Source: a virus (lineage: Duplodnaviria > Caudoviricetes). From it: a stretch of 64,000 nt of DNA. The stretch is taken from the IMG/VR virus record IMGVR_UViG_3300025913_000019; one strand, given 5' to 3'. Both the position numbers and the translations under genes were made by a program. Positions 42,677-51,950 of this stretch are shown in pieces. Position 1 is the stretch's first letter, and each line of letters starts with the position of its first letter. Below the pieces are notes generated by a model. It was not told the origin of the DNA. It made no database searches and saw only the letters and a list, made by a program, of their open reading frames with translations.

Positions 42677-42699
42677 GTCTGTTCCTTGAGAGAGTTGGA

Positions 42700-42725
42700 G
42701 GCCGGTCCTAATCAAAGGACCGGCC
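42700..42725 (-). other. Perfect 10-bp stem-loop between sheath and tube genes, no U tract
   Basis: GGCCGGTCCT-6 nt-AGGACCGGCC. Confidence 0.7.
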
Positions 42726-42733
42726 AGGGCTCA

Positions 42734-44671
42734 TCACTGCGTGTTGCCGTTGACCTGCGACAGGGTTTCGCTGAACGTCACGCCCTGCTTCGAGATCACG
42801 ATCTGCAGTTGGATCTCGTGGATCGGGATGTTCGGCACGAGGACCACCGTCACCACGAGCACGCCTGCGTTGGCCGTCGCCGCGCTGTTGTTGCCGTTGT
42901 CGCACTCGACCGTGTACGAGTTCAGGCCGTTGGCACGGACCACGGCATCCAGGTACTGGCTGCAGCTGTTGATGATCTGGCGACGGACGGCGTCCGTGTC
43001 CATCTCTTGCAGCGAGTACAGCAGGAACTTGTACAGCGAGACCTTGATGACGTTCGTGATGCGACGCACCGACAGCCACGACAGGGCCGACTGCTGGCCC
43101 GCCAGCGTCAGTTGCTCCCACAGCGCGATGCCTTGACCCACGAACGTGCGGGTGTAGGACACCTGCGCGTTGAAGAGGGCCGTGGCTTCGCCGTCATCGT
43201 AGGCGTAGCGCTGCTTCAGCACGTTCAGCAGGCCGCGGTTCAGGCCGGCGATCGAGTACGCGGGGTTCGCCACGCGATCGGTACGCGCGCACAGGGCAGC
43301 CGCCCAGCCCGAAGGCGGGTTGTAGACCTGCATGCCGTTGATGAGGTCCGCCTGCAGCAGGTCGGGACCGAACAGCGCGCTGTACGTCGAGTTGAGGTTC
43401 AGGCTCAGGTTGCGGTAGTCGATCGAAGCCTGGAACTTCTGGCTGGCCGAGGGAACGTCGATCAGGGACACGGCATCGCCGCGGGCCTGCACCAGCGAGT
43501 CGATCGCCAGCTGGTAGATCGGGTCGGCGATACCCGCGTTCACGAACACGTTCGTGCCGTACAGACTCTTGTTCGAGAACACCTGCATCGCAGCCGCGAT
43601 CTGGTAGCTGGTCGGGGTCGAACCCGACGCGCCGCCGGTCATGGCCTGCGGGCCTGCGTTGCCGATTGCGGGCACCGACGTCAGCGCCGGCACGTTCGAC
43701 ACCACCTGGATGTAGGACGAGAACGGGTTGATGTGGTGCTCGAGTTCCAGCTGCGTGCCGTCGGACCCGATCTTCTGCTTGAGCGTGCAGGTCCAGGCTT
43801 CCAGCGCGCCTTGGTTCGGCTGCGTGTTGTCCGTGACGTAGACGATGAACTCGTCCGAGCCGACGACCAGGCCGCCGTCCGTGATCGGCTGGTGTCCAGT
43901 GTCGGGAACGACGGTGCCGTCATCCACGAACGTCAGAGTCGAGGCGCCGACCGTGGCCACCAGACCGTAGGTGCCGCCCGTGGCACGGCCGTACAGGTTG
44001 TAGCCGATGGCGCCGTCGACCGCATCCCAGGTCAGGGTGATGGAGGCGATCGGGACCGACAGGCCGCCCAGCACCACTTGCACCTGCGAGCTGGCCAGCG
44101 ATTCGCCGGTCGGGCTCAGGGCCGACACTTGGTACGTGTAGGTCGCAGGCGACATCGAGCCGCTGCCGGTCTGCGCGTTGGCATCCAGGCCGGTCGGGGC
44201 TTGCACGGCCGCCGTCGCGATTTCGATCGAGTAGTTGTTGCCGTAGGAGCCAGGACCGCGGTTCGGGTAGAACAGGGCGATGGCCTTTTCACCCGGGCTC
44301 ACCAGGGTGCTCAGGTCCGTGTTCAGCGGGTCGGCCGTGACCTGACCCTTCAGCACGGTCGTGCCCGAGCTGTTGGCGTACATCAGCACGCCGGCGTATT
44401 CGGCACCGGCGCCGACGACGCGCAGACCCCACGCCTGGTTGCCTTCGGTGAAGTAGTTCAGGCCGGCCTGGACCGTCATCGAGATCGACGGGTCCGGGTT
44501 GCCGTATTCGTCGAGCCAGTCCCGAGCGTTCGTGAACAGCAGGGGATGGGTCGAACCTTGCTTCGAGATCACGGGGACCGCAGCCACCGTGACCGACGTG
44601 CTGGTGATGACGGAGCTGAGGTTGATCTCGGTGACACGGATGTCCGATGCGCGGGAAACGAGCTGGGTCAT
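42734..44671 (-). CDS. Contractile tail sheath protein
   Basis: F..EYGNPD; YFTEGNQAWGLRV; C-terminal PPSGWAAA..ARTD, AGLNRG, LSVRR, CD..NN, PIHEIQL. Confidence 0.92.
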   Translation of the reverse strand: MTQLVSRASDIRVTEINLSSVITSTSVTVAAVPVISKQGSTHPLLFTNARDWLDEYGNPDPSISMTVQAGLNYFTEGNQAWGLRVVGAGAEYAGVLMYANSSGTTVLKGQVTADPLNTDLSTLVSPGEKAIALFYPNRGPGSYGNNYSIEIATAAVQAPTGLDANAQTGSGSMSPATYTYQVSALSPTGESLASSQVQVVLGGLSVPIASITLTWDAVDGAIGYNLYGRATGGTYGLVATVGASTLTFVDDGTVVPDTGHQPITDGGLVVGSDEFIVYVTDNTQPNQGALEAWTCTLKQKIGSDGTQLELEHHINPFSSYIQVVSNVPALTSVPAIGNAGPQAMTGGASGSTPTSYQIAAAMQVFSNKSLYGTNVFVNAGIADPIYQLAIDSLVQARGDAVSLIDVPSASQKFQASIDYRNLSLNLNSTYSALFGPDLLQADLINGMQVYNPPSGWAAALCARTDRVANPAYSIAGLNRGLLNVLKQRYAYDDGEATALFNAQVSYTRTFVGQGIALWEQLTLAGQQSALSWLSVRRITNVIKVSLYKFLLYSLQEMDTDAVRRQIINSCSQYLDAVVRANGLNSYTVECDNGNNSAATANAGVLVVTVVLVPNIPIHEIQLQIVISKQGVTFSETLSQVNGNTQ

Positions 44672-44673
44672 GA

Positions 44674-44991
44674 TTATTCAGCCTTCGTGTCGTTGGTGAC
44701 GGGAGCCGGAGCCTTGGCCACCGCGGTGATCTTCACGGCCGCGCTCGACTTCGAGGCTGCGGCGGCCGCGTCGCTGATCGGTGCCTGCGGGATTTCCATC
44801 GGGGTCTCCGACTTCGAGTCGGTGAAGGTCTTGACCTTGGAGCCTTGCTGACTCAGCCAGTTCGTGTTGACCTTGTAGCCGTCCGGGATCGTGACGCGGC
44901 GGCTGGGTGCCACGGTTGCGTAGTCGACCTTGCCGTCGGGTGTGACCAGCTTGACCGGCACCGCGTGCTTGTTCAGGTTCAGAACGTCCAT
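44674..44991 (-). CDS. Hypothetical virion-module protein (105 aa)
   Basis: Operon packing; Ala/Lys-rich tail. Confidence 0.7.
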   Translation of the reverse strand: MDVLNLNKHAVPVKLVTPDGKVDYATVAPSRRVTIPDGYKVNTNWLSQQGSKVKTFTDSKSETPMEIPQAPISDAAAAASKSSAAVKITAVAKAPAPVTNDTKAE

Positions 44992-45002
44992 TTTGGGGTC
45001 CT

Positions 45003-45656
45003 CTAGTTGAAGGGGAAGAACTGCTCGCCGGGCTTCGGTGGCGGGCCGTCAGCAAGAACGACCTGATTGATCCGACCGCGCGTCATCAGCAACGCCTCGG
45101 AGAGCCAACCGTGGATCGTGACGTTGGTGGTGACCGTGTAGACGGACTCGGTCTCTGCCGGATTCTCGCGCTTCGGGATCTGCAGGCTGTCCGTCAAGGT
45201 CGATGTGACCGTGAGCTTGGAGAGTCCATAGTCGATGCCGAAATTCAGCGCACCATTGCGCCGCGTGAACCACCACCGGCGCTTGAAGAAGTCGACCGAG
45301 TCCTCATTGCCTTGGAACTTGTCGGTGATGTACGTGACCTCGACCTCGAAGTTCGTCGGCAGCACCTTCACGGTCTGGAACTGCTTGCCGTCCTGGTTCA
45401 TTGTCACGGGGATACCATGTCGAGCCAGGCGGTTGGTCGGATACGACTCCGTGTTCGGGCTGGACCCGGACTCGTAGAGGAACAGGTACGGATACTCGGG
45501 CTGACGGTTACCCAGCATCGTCTTCAGGGTCGGGAGCGCGTCAGGGCTCTGAACCCAAATGGCAGGGGCACGGAACTGGCTCTGCATCCGCTGCTCGAAG
45601 CCCGCCCGCACGAACTTGTCTACTGGGTCGATTTCGGTTTGCGGCTTAGCGTCCAT
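45003..45656 (-). CDS. Putative tail completion / neck protein
   Basis: Located between capsid and sheath genes; beta-rich. Confidence 0.55.
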   Translation of the reverse strand: MDAKPQTEIDPVDKFVRAGFEQRMQSQFRAPAIWVQSPDALPTLKTMLGNRQPEYPYLFLYESGSSPNTESYPTNRLARHGIPVTMNQDGKQFQTVKVLPTNFEVEVTYITDKFQGNEDSVDFFKRRWWFTRRNGALNFGIDYGLSKLTVTSTLTDSLQIPKRENPAETESVYTVTTNVTIHGWLSEALLMTRGRINQVVLADGPPPKPGEQFFPFN

Positions 45657-45666
45657 GTTCGATGCC

Positions 45667-45676
45667 CATAAAATTA
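45667..45676 (-). promoter_or_regulatory. Candidate late promoter box TAATTTTATG
   Basis: Between terminators and the tail operon, 10 nt before the ATG. Confidence 0.5.
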
Positions 45677-45685
45677 GGGGACAAA

Positions 45686-45746
45686 GGTCGCAGCATAGTT
45701 AAATGCTGCGACCCATGTGAGAAAAGGGAGCACGAGGGCTCCCTTT
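45686..45746 (-). terminator. Two tandem rho-independent terminators closing the capsid operon
   Basis: GGTCGCAGCAT/ATGCTGCGACC (45686-45713) and AAAGGGAGC/GCTCCCTTT (45723-45746), each followed by T runs on the minus strand. Confidence 0.75.
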
Positions 45747-45774
45747 CCAAAGCACCGTAGGGTGCGGCTCGTGC

Positions 45775-46305
45775 TTACTTGCCGTCGCGGGTGCGCTTCA
45801 TCGACGACAGGACTTCCGCCATGCGGCGGCCGGCCACCACCGGCTCGACCGGGGCTTCGTCGACTTCTTCGTCCTCGACGACGTCGTCGAGCGGGTCACC
45901 GTCGAAAGCGTCGGCTTCGATGACGGGCTCCTCCTCGATCACCTCTTCGGCGACCGGGGCTTCTTCGACCATTTCCTCCGCCGCTTGCACACGCTTCGCG
46001 GCCGAGACCGGCTTGGCTTGCGTGGGCTTCGTCGGAGCCGCGGCGGGCTTCGCAGCCGCCGTGGTCGTCACGGGCTTGGTCGCGGGCGTCGCTTCCTTCG
46101 CGGCCTTGTTGGAGGCCTCGAGTTGTGCGAACGCCACGCGGTTCGTCGCTTCGATCGTGTTGATCGCGGCCTGGATGTCGGGCTGCTTCATCGCCTTCGC
46201 GAAGAGGCGCGCCGCCAGGACTTCGTCACCGTCGCGATGCATCGCCTGCGCGGCCAGGGCCAGGCAGTCGAGCGCGCGGTTGTACTTCAGCATCGGCTGG
46301 GCCAT
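45775..46305 (-). CDS. Capsid-operon protein (176 aa) with Ala/Pro linker and acidic tail
   Basis: SD AGGAG; follows the MCP gene. Confidence 0.75.
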   Translation of the reverse strand: MAQPMLKYNRALDCLALAAQAMHRDGDEVLAARLFAKAMKQPDIQAAINTIEATNRVAFAQLEASNKAAKEATPATKPVTTTAAAKPAAAPTKPTQAKPVSAAKRVQAAEEMVEEAPVAEEVIEEEPVIEADAFDGDPLDDVVEDEEVDEAPVEPVVAGRRMAEVLSSMKRTRDGK

Positions 46306-46397
46306 GTCAGTTCTCCTGGTTGCGTTGGGTTGCGTCTGTTTCGGACCAACCAGGGAGGGCCGTCAACTAGTGACTAAGCCCTCCCCGGCCGATTCGA

Positions 46398-47471
46398 TTA
46401 CAGGCGGTAGCCCTTCGCGAAGGAGCGGCTGTTCGCCACCGACACGGCCAGGGCCTCGTGCAGCACGAAGCCGCGACCCGGGATCTTCTCGATCGAGATG
46501 TCGATCGGGGTCGATTGCAGGCCGCCGCGATCCGAGTACGCGCCGTGGTTCAGGGCGTCCGAGATCACGAAGAACTCGCCTTGGCCCAGGACCTTGTGCT
46601 CCGGATGACGGAACGCGTCCGACGTGACGGTCATGCCGTACATCGTGCCCAGCTCGCCGGTGAGCAGGAGCTCGTGACGGGCCACCGGGTCGATGGCGGT
46701 GAAGAAGTCGGAGTTGCCGACCACGTCCTGCCACAGGTCCGTCGCCATCAGCAGGTGCGCGCCCTTCAGACCCCAGCGGGTCACGTTGGTCACGACCGTC
46801 ATCAGGCTGTACGGCGTCAGCTGGCCCGACACGATGGTCAGGTTGTTGTCGACGCCGACCAGGCTCTGCAGCTGGTTGTAGTAGAGGCGGTCTTCCGCCA
46901 CCATCGTGGCCTCGACGGCCTCGATGTACTTCTCCTGCAGCACGTCGCCGCTGGACTGGTTCAGTTCCACCTGGGGGATGAACGGACGGGCCACGACCGT
47001 CAGTTCCGGCGGGGTGAACCACTTGTCGCGGGTGATCTGCGACTCGACCTTGGTCGGGCTGGTGGACCAGACCGCGGTCACGTTCTTGTTGCGCAGCGGG
47101 AAGCGCGGGATCGAGCCCATCTCGACGTCGATCTTGGCCAGGTACTTGCGCATGAAGCCCTGACGGTTCGCCGTGATGTACAGCGACTCGCTGATCTTCT
47201 CGCCGAGCACGCGGTGGGCCTCGGGGCTGTTGAACGCGGCACGGACCAGGTCCTTCGACTCGGAAGCCGTGATCGCGAGCATGTTGCCGGCCGACGCTGC
47301 GGTCAGGAACTTGCGCTGCTGCTCGAGCAGGTCGCGCTTCGAACTGGCGTTCAGCTCGCCCTTGCCGGAGCCTTGGTAGCGGCCGACGAAGGATTCGCCG
47401 CCGTCGACCGGGCGGAGGTCGGTGGCGAGCACGGGCGACTTGGCCGCGCGGATGTTCACTTGGGTACGCAT
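46398..47471 (-). CDS. Major capsid protein (HK97 fold)
   Basis: 357 aa with the strongest codon bias; follows scaffold and decoration-like genes; IDPVARHELLLTGELGTMYGMTV. Confidence 0.85.
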   Translation of the reverse strand: MRTQVNIRAAKSPVLATDLRPVDGGESFVGRYQGSGKGELNASSKRDLLEQQRKFLTAASAGNMLAITASESKDLVRAAFNSPEAHRVLGEKISESLYITANRQGFMRKYLAKIDVEMGSIPRFPLRNKNVTAVWSTSPTKVESQITRDKWFTPPELTVVARPFIPQVELNQSSGDVLQEKYIEAVEATMVAEDRLYYNQLQSLVGVDNNLTIVSGQLTPYSLMTVVTNVTRWGLKGAHLLMATDLWQDVVGNSDFFTAIDPVARHELLLTGELGTMYGMTVTSDAFRHPEHKVLGQGEFFVISDALNHGAYSDRGGLQSTPIDISIEKIPGRGFVLHEALAVSVANSRSFAKGYRL

Positions 47472-47513
47472 GTTGGGAAACTCCTGATTGGTTGATGTGT
47501 GTCAGACGACCGA

Positions 47514-48194
47514 TCAGGCGGCGCTGAACTCGATGCCGAGGAACGGCACGTCCTGCGTCGGCTGCGCGACCACGTAGGCACCGACCAGGGCCACGCCGGA
47601 GCCGCCCACGGTCAGGATGCCGCCGGCGCCCAGGTTGATCGAGGCGGGCGAGAACCAGTTGACCGACGCGTCGAACTGGTCGGTGTAGATCAGGCCGCGC
47701 TTGATGAGGCCGATCTGGCCGACGTAGGCGCCGGCGTAGCCGCCGGGCTGCACGTCACCTTGCATGGCGCGCGCCTGGATCACCGAGGCCGGGTACTTGT
47801 AGGTCACCAGCACGGTGTCGCCGGAGGTCAGGCCGTTGACGGTGTTGCCCACGACGGTCACGCCACCCGTGATGGGGACGGCGGCGCCGGTGGTCGAGTC
47901 GAAGACGAAGACCTGGCCGGCTTGCGGCGCGAAGGCCAGCTGCACGGTGCCCGAGGACGGGACGATGAACTTCTCGACCTTGGACAGGTACGCGGCCGCG
48001 AACGGGGCAGCGCTGACGCCGGCGAACGAGAAGCCGGCGAAGAGCTCGCCGCTCGTGCCTTGCGACGGGGTCACGCCGGTGGACGTGGCGCCCGCGGCGC
48101 GGACCAGGGCTTGGCCCTCGGCGGTGATGGCGGCACCGGAAGCGACGACGGTTTCGCTGCTGTCCGGGAACTTCGAGAGAGGCAGGTAGAGCAT
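47514..48194 (-). CDS. Capsid-associated structural protein (decoration/cement-like)
   Basis: G/A/V/T-rich; between scaffold and MCP. Confidence 0.6.
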   Translation of the reverse strand: MLYLPLSKFPDSSETVVASGAAITAEGQALVRAAGATSTGVTPSQGTSGELFAGFSFAGVSAAPFAAAYLSKVEKFIVPSSGTVQLAFAPQAGQVFVFDSTTGAAVPITGGVTVVGNTVNGLTSGDTVLVTYKYPASVIQARAMQGDVQPGGYAGAYVGQIGLIKRGLIYTDQFDASVNWFSPASINLGAGGILTVGGSGVALVGAYVVAQPTQDVPFLGIEFSAA

Positions 48195-48224
48195 GTGGAC
48201 TCCGTTGGAAAGTTGGGAAGGAGA

Positions 48225-49751
48225 TCAGCCGACCAGCGACTGGTTGCCGAACAGCAGCTTGTTCACGCTGGCCATGTCGGAGATGCCAGCGGTGACCTTG
48301 CCACCGGGTTGCGAGAGACGACGGGGGCCGGCCGACGAGAGGGCCGCGGTCACCGACGACGGAGCGCCGATGTCCTCGAACTCGTCTTCCGTGTCGTCGC
48401 CATCGACTTCGCTGTCGACCTCGGTGCCCGCGTCATCCACGAAGTCCTCGTCGCTGGTCATGTCCAGCGCTTCAGCGTGGTTGTCACGGACTTCCTCGGG
48501 CATGGCAGCGATGCGTTGCGCGAGGGTGAGGATCGACTTCGCGTACTCGACGCCGTGTTCGGCGAACGCGGCCGAGATCAGGGACTGCGCGCCGCGCACG
48601 CCGGCCTGCTTGAGCTGTTCGAGCAGAGCGGCCTTGAGCGGGTTGGGCGCATCCTTGAAGTAGCGCTTGTTGATGCCGACGGCGGCGATGGCCAGGCTCT
48701 GTTCCATCGCGGCGTTCTGCTTGGCAATGGCTTCGACGCGCGACTTCATGCCGGCTTCGACCTTGGCCTGCACGACACGGCTGGTGGCCTTGGAAGCCGA
48801 CAGCGTGACCTTGGCCAGCGTGAAGCCTTGTGCCACCAGGCCGCGACGCAGGCCCTTGGTGTCGATCGCGTGAGCGACGACGTCCTGGTACTGCGGGGTC
48901 TGGTACACGTCCGTGACGTTGAGCTTGCGCGCCGCGGCCGGACCCATCGAAGCGATGATGCGGTTGCTGCGGATCACGTGCACGGCGGCGCCGATGGAGG
49001 CGAACGCGAGGGCATCACTGCCTTCGCCGTCTTCCACGTTGTCGACGTCGACCAGCGGCATCTGCTCTTCAGCAGCGGCCGGGGCTTCGGCTTCGAAGTC
49101 GGCGCATTCCATCGCCGGGGCTTCGTTCGGCGCGCCCGCGCCCATGTCGGCTTCGACCGGGGCTTCCGGGGCCGGGGCTTCGAAGCCCACGTCCTCGAAC
49201 TCGTCGTCGTCCAGGTCGTCGGCGCCGGCGCTCAGCGACGGGAGGTCGTCGAACTCGGTGCTGGCGGCCATCGGATCGGACTCGTCGTCTTCCTCGAACT
49301 CGTCGGCACCCGGAGCTTCCGGCGCCGGGGCGTCGTTCAGCTCGTTCTCTTCGTCGGCACTGGCGTTGTGGACGACGGGCATGCCCGCTTCCTTCTCCAG
49401 GTAACCGGCGCCGGGATCGACGTCGTTGTCGAGCTGCGAGATGTTGCCGCTGGAAGGCATGGTCTCGTCCTTCAGCGACTGGGCAGGTGCGCCGTTGGCT
49501 TGCACCGCCGGCTTCTTCTTGGCCGCGGCCACCGGCGTGGCGCTGGCGGTCGTGGGGGCCTTGGTCTTGCCGGGCATCTTGGGCTCCTCTTGCGAATGCG
49601 TGGGGCCGGACTCGAGGCTCGCGGGGTCGATGAGCATCATCGGCTGTTGCGAGTTTTCGAGACCTTGGTCGCCCTGCTCGACCTTGAGATCCTTGCCGTT
49701 GCCGTCATGGGTCATCGTGGTCGAGGCTGCTGCGTGAACCTTGTCGGTCAT
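48225..49751 (-). CDS. Prohead scaffold/core protein
   Basis: SD AAGGAG before MTDKV; long acidic disordered region plus helical domain; upstream of MCP. Confidence 0.7.
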   Translation of the reverse strand: MTDKVHAAASTTMTHDGNGKDLKVEQGDQGLENSQQPMMLIDPASLESGPTHSQEEPKMPGKTKAPTTASATPVAAAKKKPAVQANGAPAQSLKDETMPSSGNISQLDNDVDPGAGYLEKEAGMPVVHNASADEENELNDAPAPEAPGADEFEEDDESDPMAASTEFDDLPSLSAGADDLDDDEFEDVGFEAPAPEAPVEADMGAGAPNEAPAMECADFEAEAPAAAEEQMPLVDVDNVEDGEGSDALAFASIGAAVHVIRSNRIIASMGPAAARKLNVTDVYQTPQYQDVVAHAIDTKGLRRGLVAQGFTLAKVTLSASKATSRVVQAKVEAGMKSRVEAIAKQNAAMEQSLAIAAVGINKRYFKDAPNPLKAALLEQLKQAGVRGAQSLISAAFAEHGVEYAKSILTLAQRIAAMPEEVRDNHAEALDMTSDEDFVDDAGTEVDSEVDGDDTEDEFEDIGAPSSVTAALSSAGPRRLSQPGGKVTAGISDMASVNKLLFGNQSLVG

Positions 49752-49913
49752 GAGCACTCCTTGGGTCAAAGTTGATGAGTAGGTTAGCCAAAGCGTACTA
49801 GTCCGCTCAGGCTAACCCGCTCGCGTTCTCAGGCGTTCCCGCCCGCAAAATAAAAATGTATGTCGCAGAATCCGGGCGAAATCAGAGGTGCACCCGAAAG
49901 TCAGGGCGAGAAA

Positions 49914-49945
49914 AAGGCCGTGACTCGTTGCCAAGTCACGGCCTT
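49914..49945 (-). terminator. Rho-independent terminator
   Basis: 12-bp stem AAGGCCGTGACT/AGTCACGGCCTT followed by TTT on the minus strand. Confidence 0.75.
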
Positions 49946-49961
49946 GTTCGTTGATCTCGCT

Positions 49962-50447
49962 TTACAACTGCGTTCTCACATCCGCATCGAGTGGTGTGAA
50001 ACGCCGTTTCAATTCCGGAGCATCACTTGCTCTCCGGCGATTGTGACGGCGCTGCAATTTGGTCTCCAACGACGCGAGTAATACGTAGTCACCAAGTAGG
50101 TGACGAACCGAGATGCGTGCAATGACTACACCACTGATGGTGACGCCATGACGATTCGGCCACTCGTAGACCTTGCCTCGAATCTTGCAGCACCTGTTGG
50201 AGTCTGCAAGTCGCACACCGGTGCGAGCCTGAACGAAGCAGTGGATCGGAAGTGGATCGGAGAAAGAGTCGCCAACCAGCACGAGGTCGGCGTCGAGTTC
50301 ATCGTCCCTGTGCGCGATCAGAAACGCGGCCACGGCTTGCCGCGCGTCTGTCTGCACCTTGTCTAGAGGTCGGAGCCCTGGCTGCAGCATGGCAACCAGT
50401 GTACCGACATATGCACGCTGGGACGGATCGCTCAGGTGCGTCTTCAT
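49962..50447 (-). CDS. Hypothetical protein with atypical codon usage
   Basis: SD GAGGGAG before MKTHLSD; terminator right after the stop. Confidence 0.5.
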   Translation of the reverse strand: MKTHLSDPSQRAYVGTLVAMLQPGLRPLDKVQTDARQAVAAFLIAHRDDELDADLVLVGDSFSDPLPIHCFVQARTGVRLADSNRCCKIRGKVYEWPNRHGVTISGVVIARISVRHLLGDYVLLASLETKLQRRHNRRRASDAPELKRRFTPLDADVRTQL

Positions 50448-50514
50448 GGTCTCCCTCGTTTGAATGCGATCGACCCTCTCGACGACCGCACGCACACTTA
50501 GGTTTTCTCGGTTC

Positions 50515-50778
50515 TTATTGGTTCGTCTTCTGCGCCTTGACGGCGCTGGCGCTCGAGCCCGCGTTCTTCAGGCGGGCAACGGCGCCCACCTTCATCGGGT
50601 TCGGAGCTTCCGCGTTGGCAGCGGGTTCGGCATTCAGACCGACAGCTCGCGAGCCACCGTTGCCGAGCCTGGCAACCGGTTGCGTCTGCGGTGCGGTGTT
50701 CTCGCTCGTGTGCAGCGAGGTCGAGGCTCCGAGTTCGGAACCGAGGCGGCTCTTGGCCTTCAGCTTGATGTCGTTCAT
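50515..50778 (-). CDS. Small putative internal head protein (MNDIKLKAKSRL)
   Basis: Motif; SD GAAGGA. Confidence 0.75.
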   Translation of the reverse strand: MNDIKLKAKSRLGSELGASTSLHTSENTAPQTQPVARLGNGGSRAVGLNAEPAANAEAPNPMKVGAVARLKNAGSSASAVKAQKTNQ

Positions 50779-50787
50779 GGTCGTCCT

Positions 50788-51156
50788 TCAGCCGTAGTAG
50801 GCGCTCTCTGCGTTCTTCATCAGCATGAAGCCCAGGTTGTAGGCTTCTTCCCAGGTCAGGGCGATGTCCTTGCCCGCGATCTTGAGCTCGATGTTCGGCA
50901 CGCCGTCCATGAGGTTGCCGCCATACTTCTGGTCCATCTCGCGCAGCTTCTTCGAGTCCGGAGTCTCGTCCTCACTGTCGATCATGACGCGCACCTGCGC
51001 GTGACCGCCTTCCTTGGTCTTGAGACCGTAGGTGCCGGTCGACGGACTTCCCGTGAACGTCTTCTTGAACGTCTTGTCCCACGGGATGTTGGTCGCGGTC
51101 ACGACACGTGCGATGGCTGCGGCGACGAGCCGCGACTTTGCTTGCAGTTTGGTCAT
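50788..51156 (-). CDS. Putative internal head protein (MTKLQAKSRLVA)
   Basis: Motif; 4 nt after the protease stop. Confidence 0.75.
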   Translation of the reverse strand: MTKLQAKSRLVAAAIARVVTATNIPWDKTFKKTFTGSPSTGTYGLKTKEGGHAQVRVMIDSEDETPDSKKLREMDQKYGGNLMDGVPNIELKIAGKDIALTWEEAYNLGFMLMKNAESAYYG

Positions 51157-51160
51157 GGTG

Positions 51161-51949
51161 TCACCAGCTCATGATGTGGTCGGACATGGCCGAGACCCAG
51201 GCGGGATCGCGGACGATGGAGTACTCGATCGGCGACAGGCCGTGAGCGTTGAGGTACGCGATGCGCTGCTTGCCCATGTAGTCCACGAGCTTCCAGTTGA
51301 CCTCCTTGGTGGAGCCCACGTGGTTGCAGTTCATGAACTTGTTCTCCGTGGCTTCGCGACCGCAGACCGCGCACGAGAACCTGTCAGCCAGCGCACCCAT
51401 CGAGCCGGTCGTGATCTTGCCTTCGAGCAGCTCCTTCGCGATGTCGGGGTACTTGTTCTTGTCGACGCCGACCAGACCCATGACCTTCCAGTGCTTGCCG
51501 CGCCCGAAGTTCGTGATCTTGGTCAGTGCCGTGTCGAACATGACACCGTAGGCCTTGGTCCAGTCCTCGTTGTCGTGCTCGAGGTGAATCGGGCAGCCGG
51601 TCCAGGCCTTGTAGACCTGGCGGTTCATCGGAGGCGGCTGGAAGGCGATGAGCTCTTGCAGCGGGAAGCCGATGCCGTTCCGATTCGGGAAATCCGACGG
51701 GCAGATCGGCATCGACTTCATGATGTAGTCCTCGATGTGAGGACTGATGTGGTACGTCTTTGCCGCGAACGGCAGCCACGTCTCGAAGTCGAGCTTGCGA
51801 ACCATCTCGGCCGCTTCGGTATCCGGCTTCGCATCTGCATCGAAGGCCGGCTCCTCGCTGACGCCCACGCCCTTGATGAGCGTGGCGGCCGTGAGCATGC
51901 GATCACGCTCCTCGCGGTCGAAGTACTGTGCGGGAAAACGGCCACCCAT
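51161..51949 (-). CDS. Prohead (capsid maturation) serine protease, HK97/herpes clan-like
   Basis: PNRNGIGF; PIHLEHD (His); GSMG (Ser); IEYSIVRDPAW. Confidence 0.8.
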   Translation of the reverse strand: MGGRFPAQYFDREERDRMLTAATLIKGVGVSEEPAFDADAKPDTEAAEMVRKLDFETWLPFAAKTYHISPHIEDYIMKSMPICPSDFPNRNGIGFPLQELIAFQPPPMNRQVYKAWTGCPIHLEHDNEDWTKAYGVMFDTALTKITNFGRGKHWKVMGLVGVDKNKYPDIAKELLEGKITTGSMGALADRFSCAVCGREATENKFMNCNHVGSTKEVNWKLVDYMGKQRIAYLNAHGLSPIEYSIVRDPAWVSAMSDHIMSW

Positions 51950-51950
51950 G

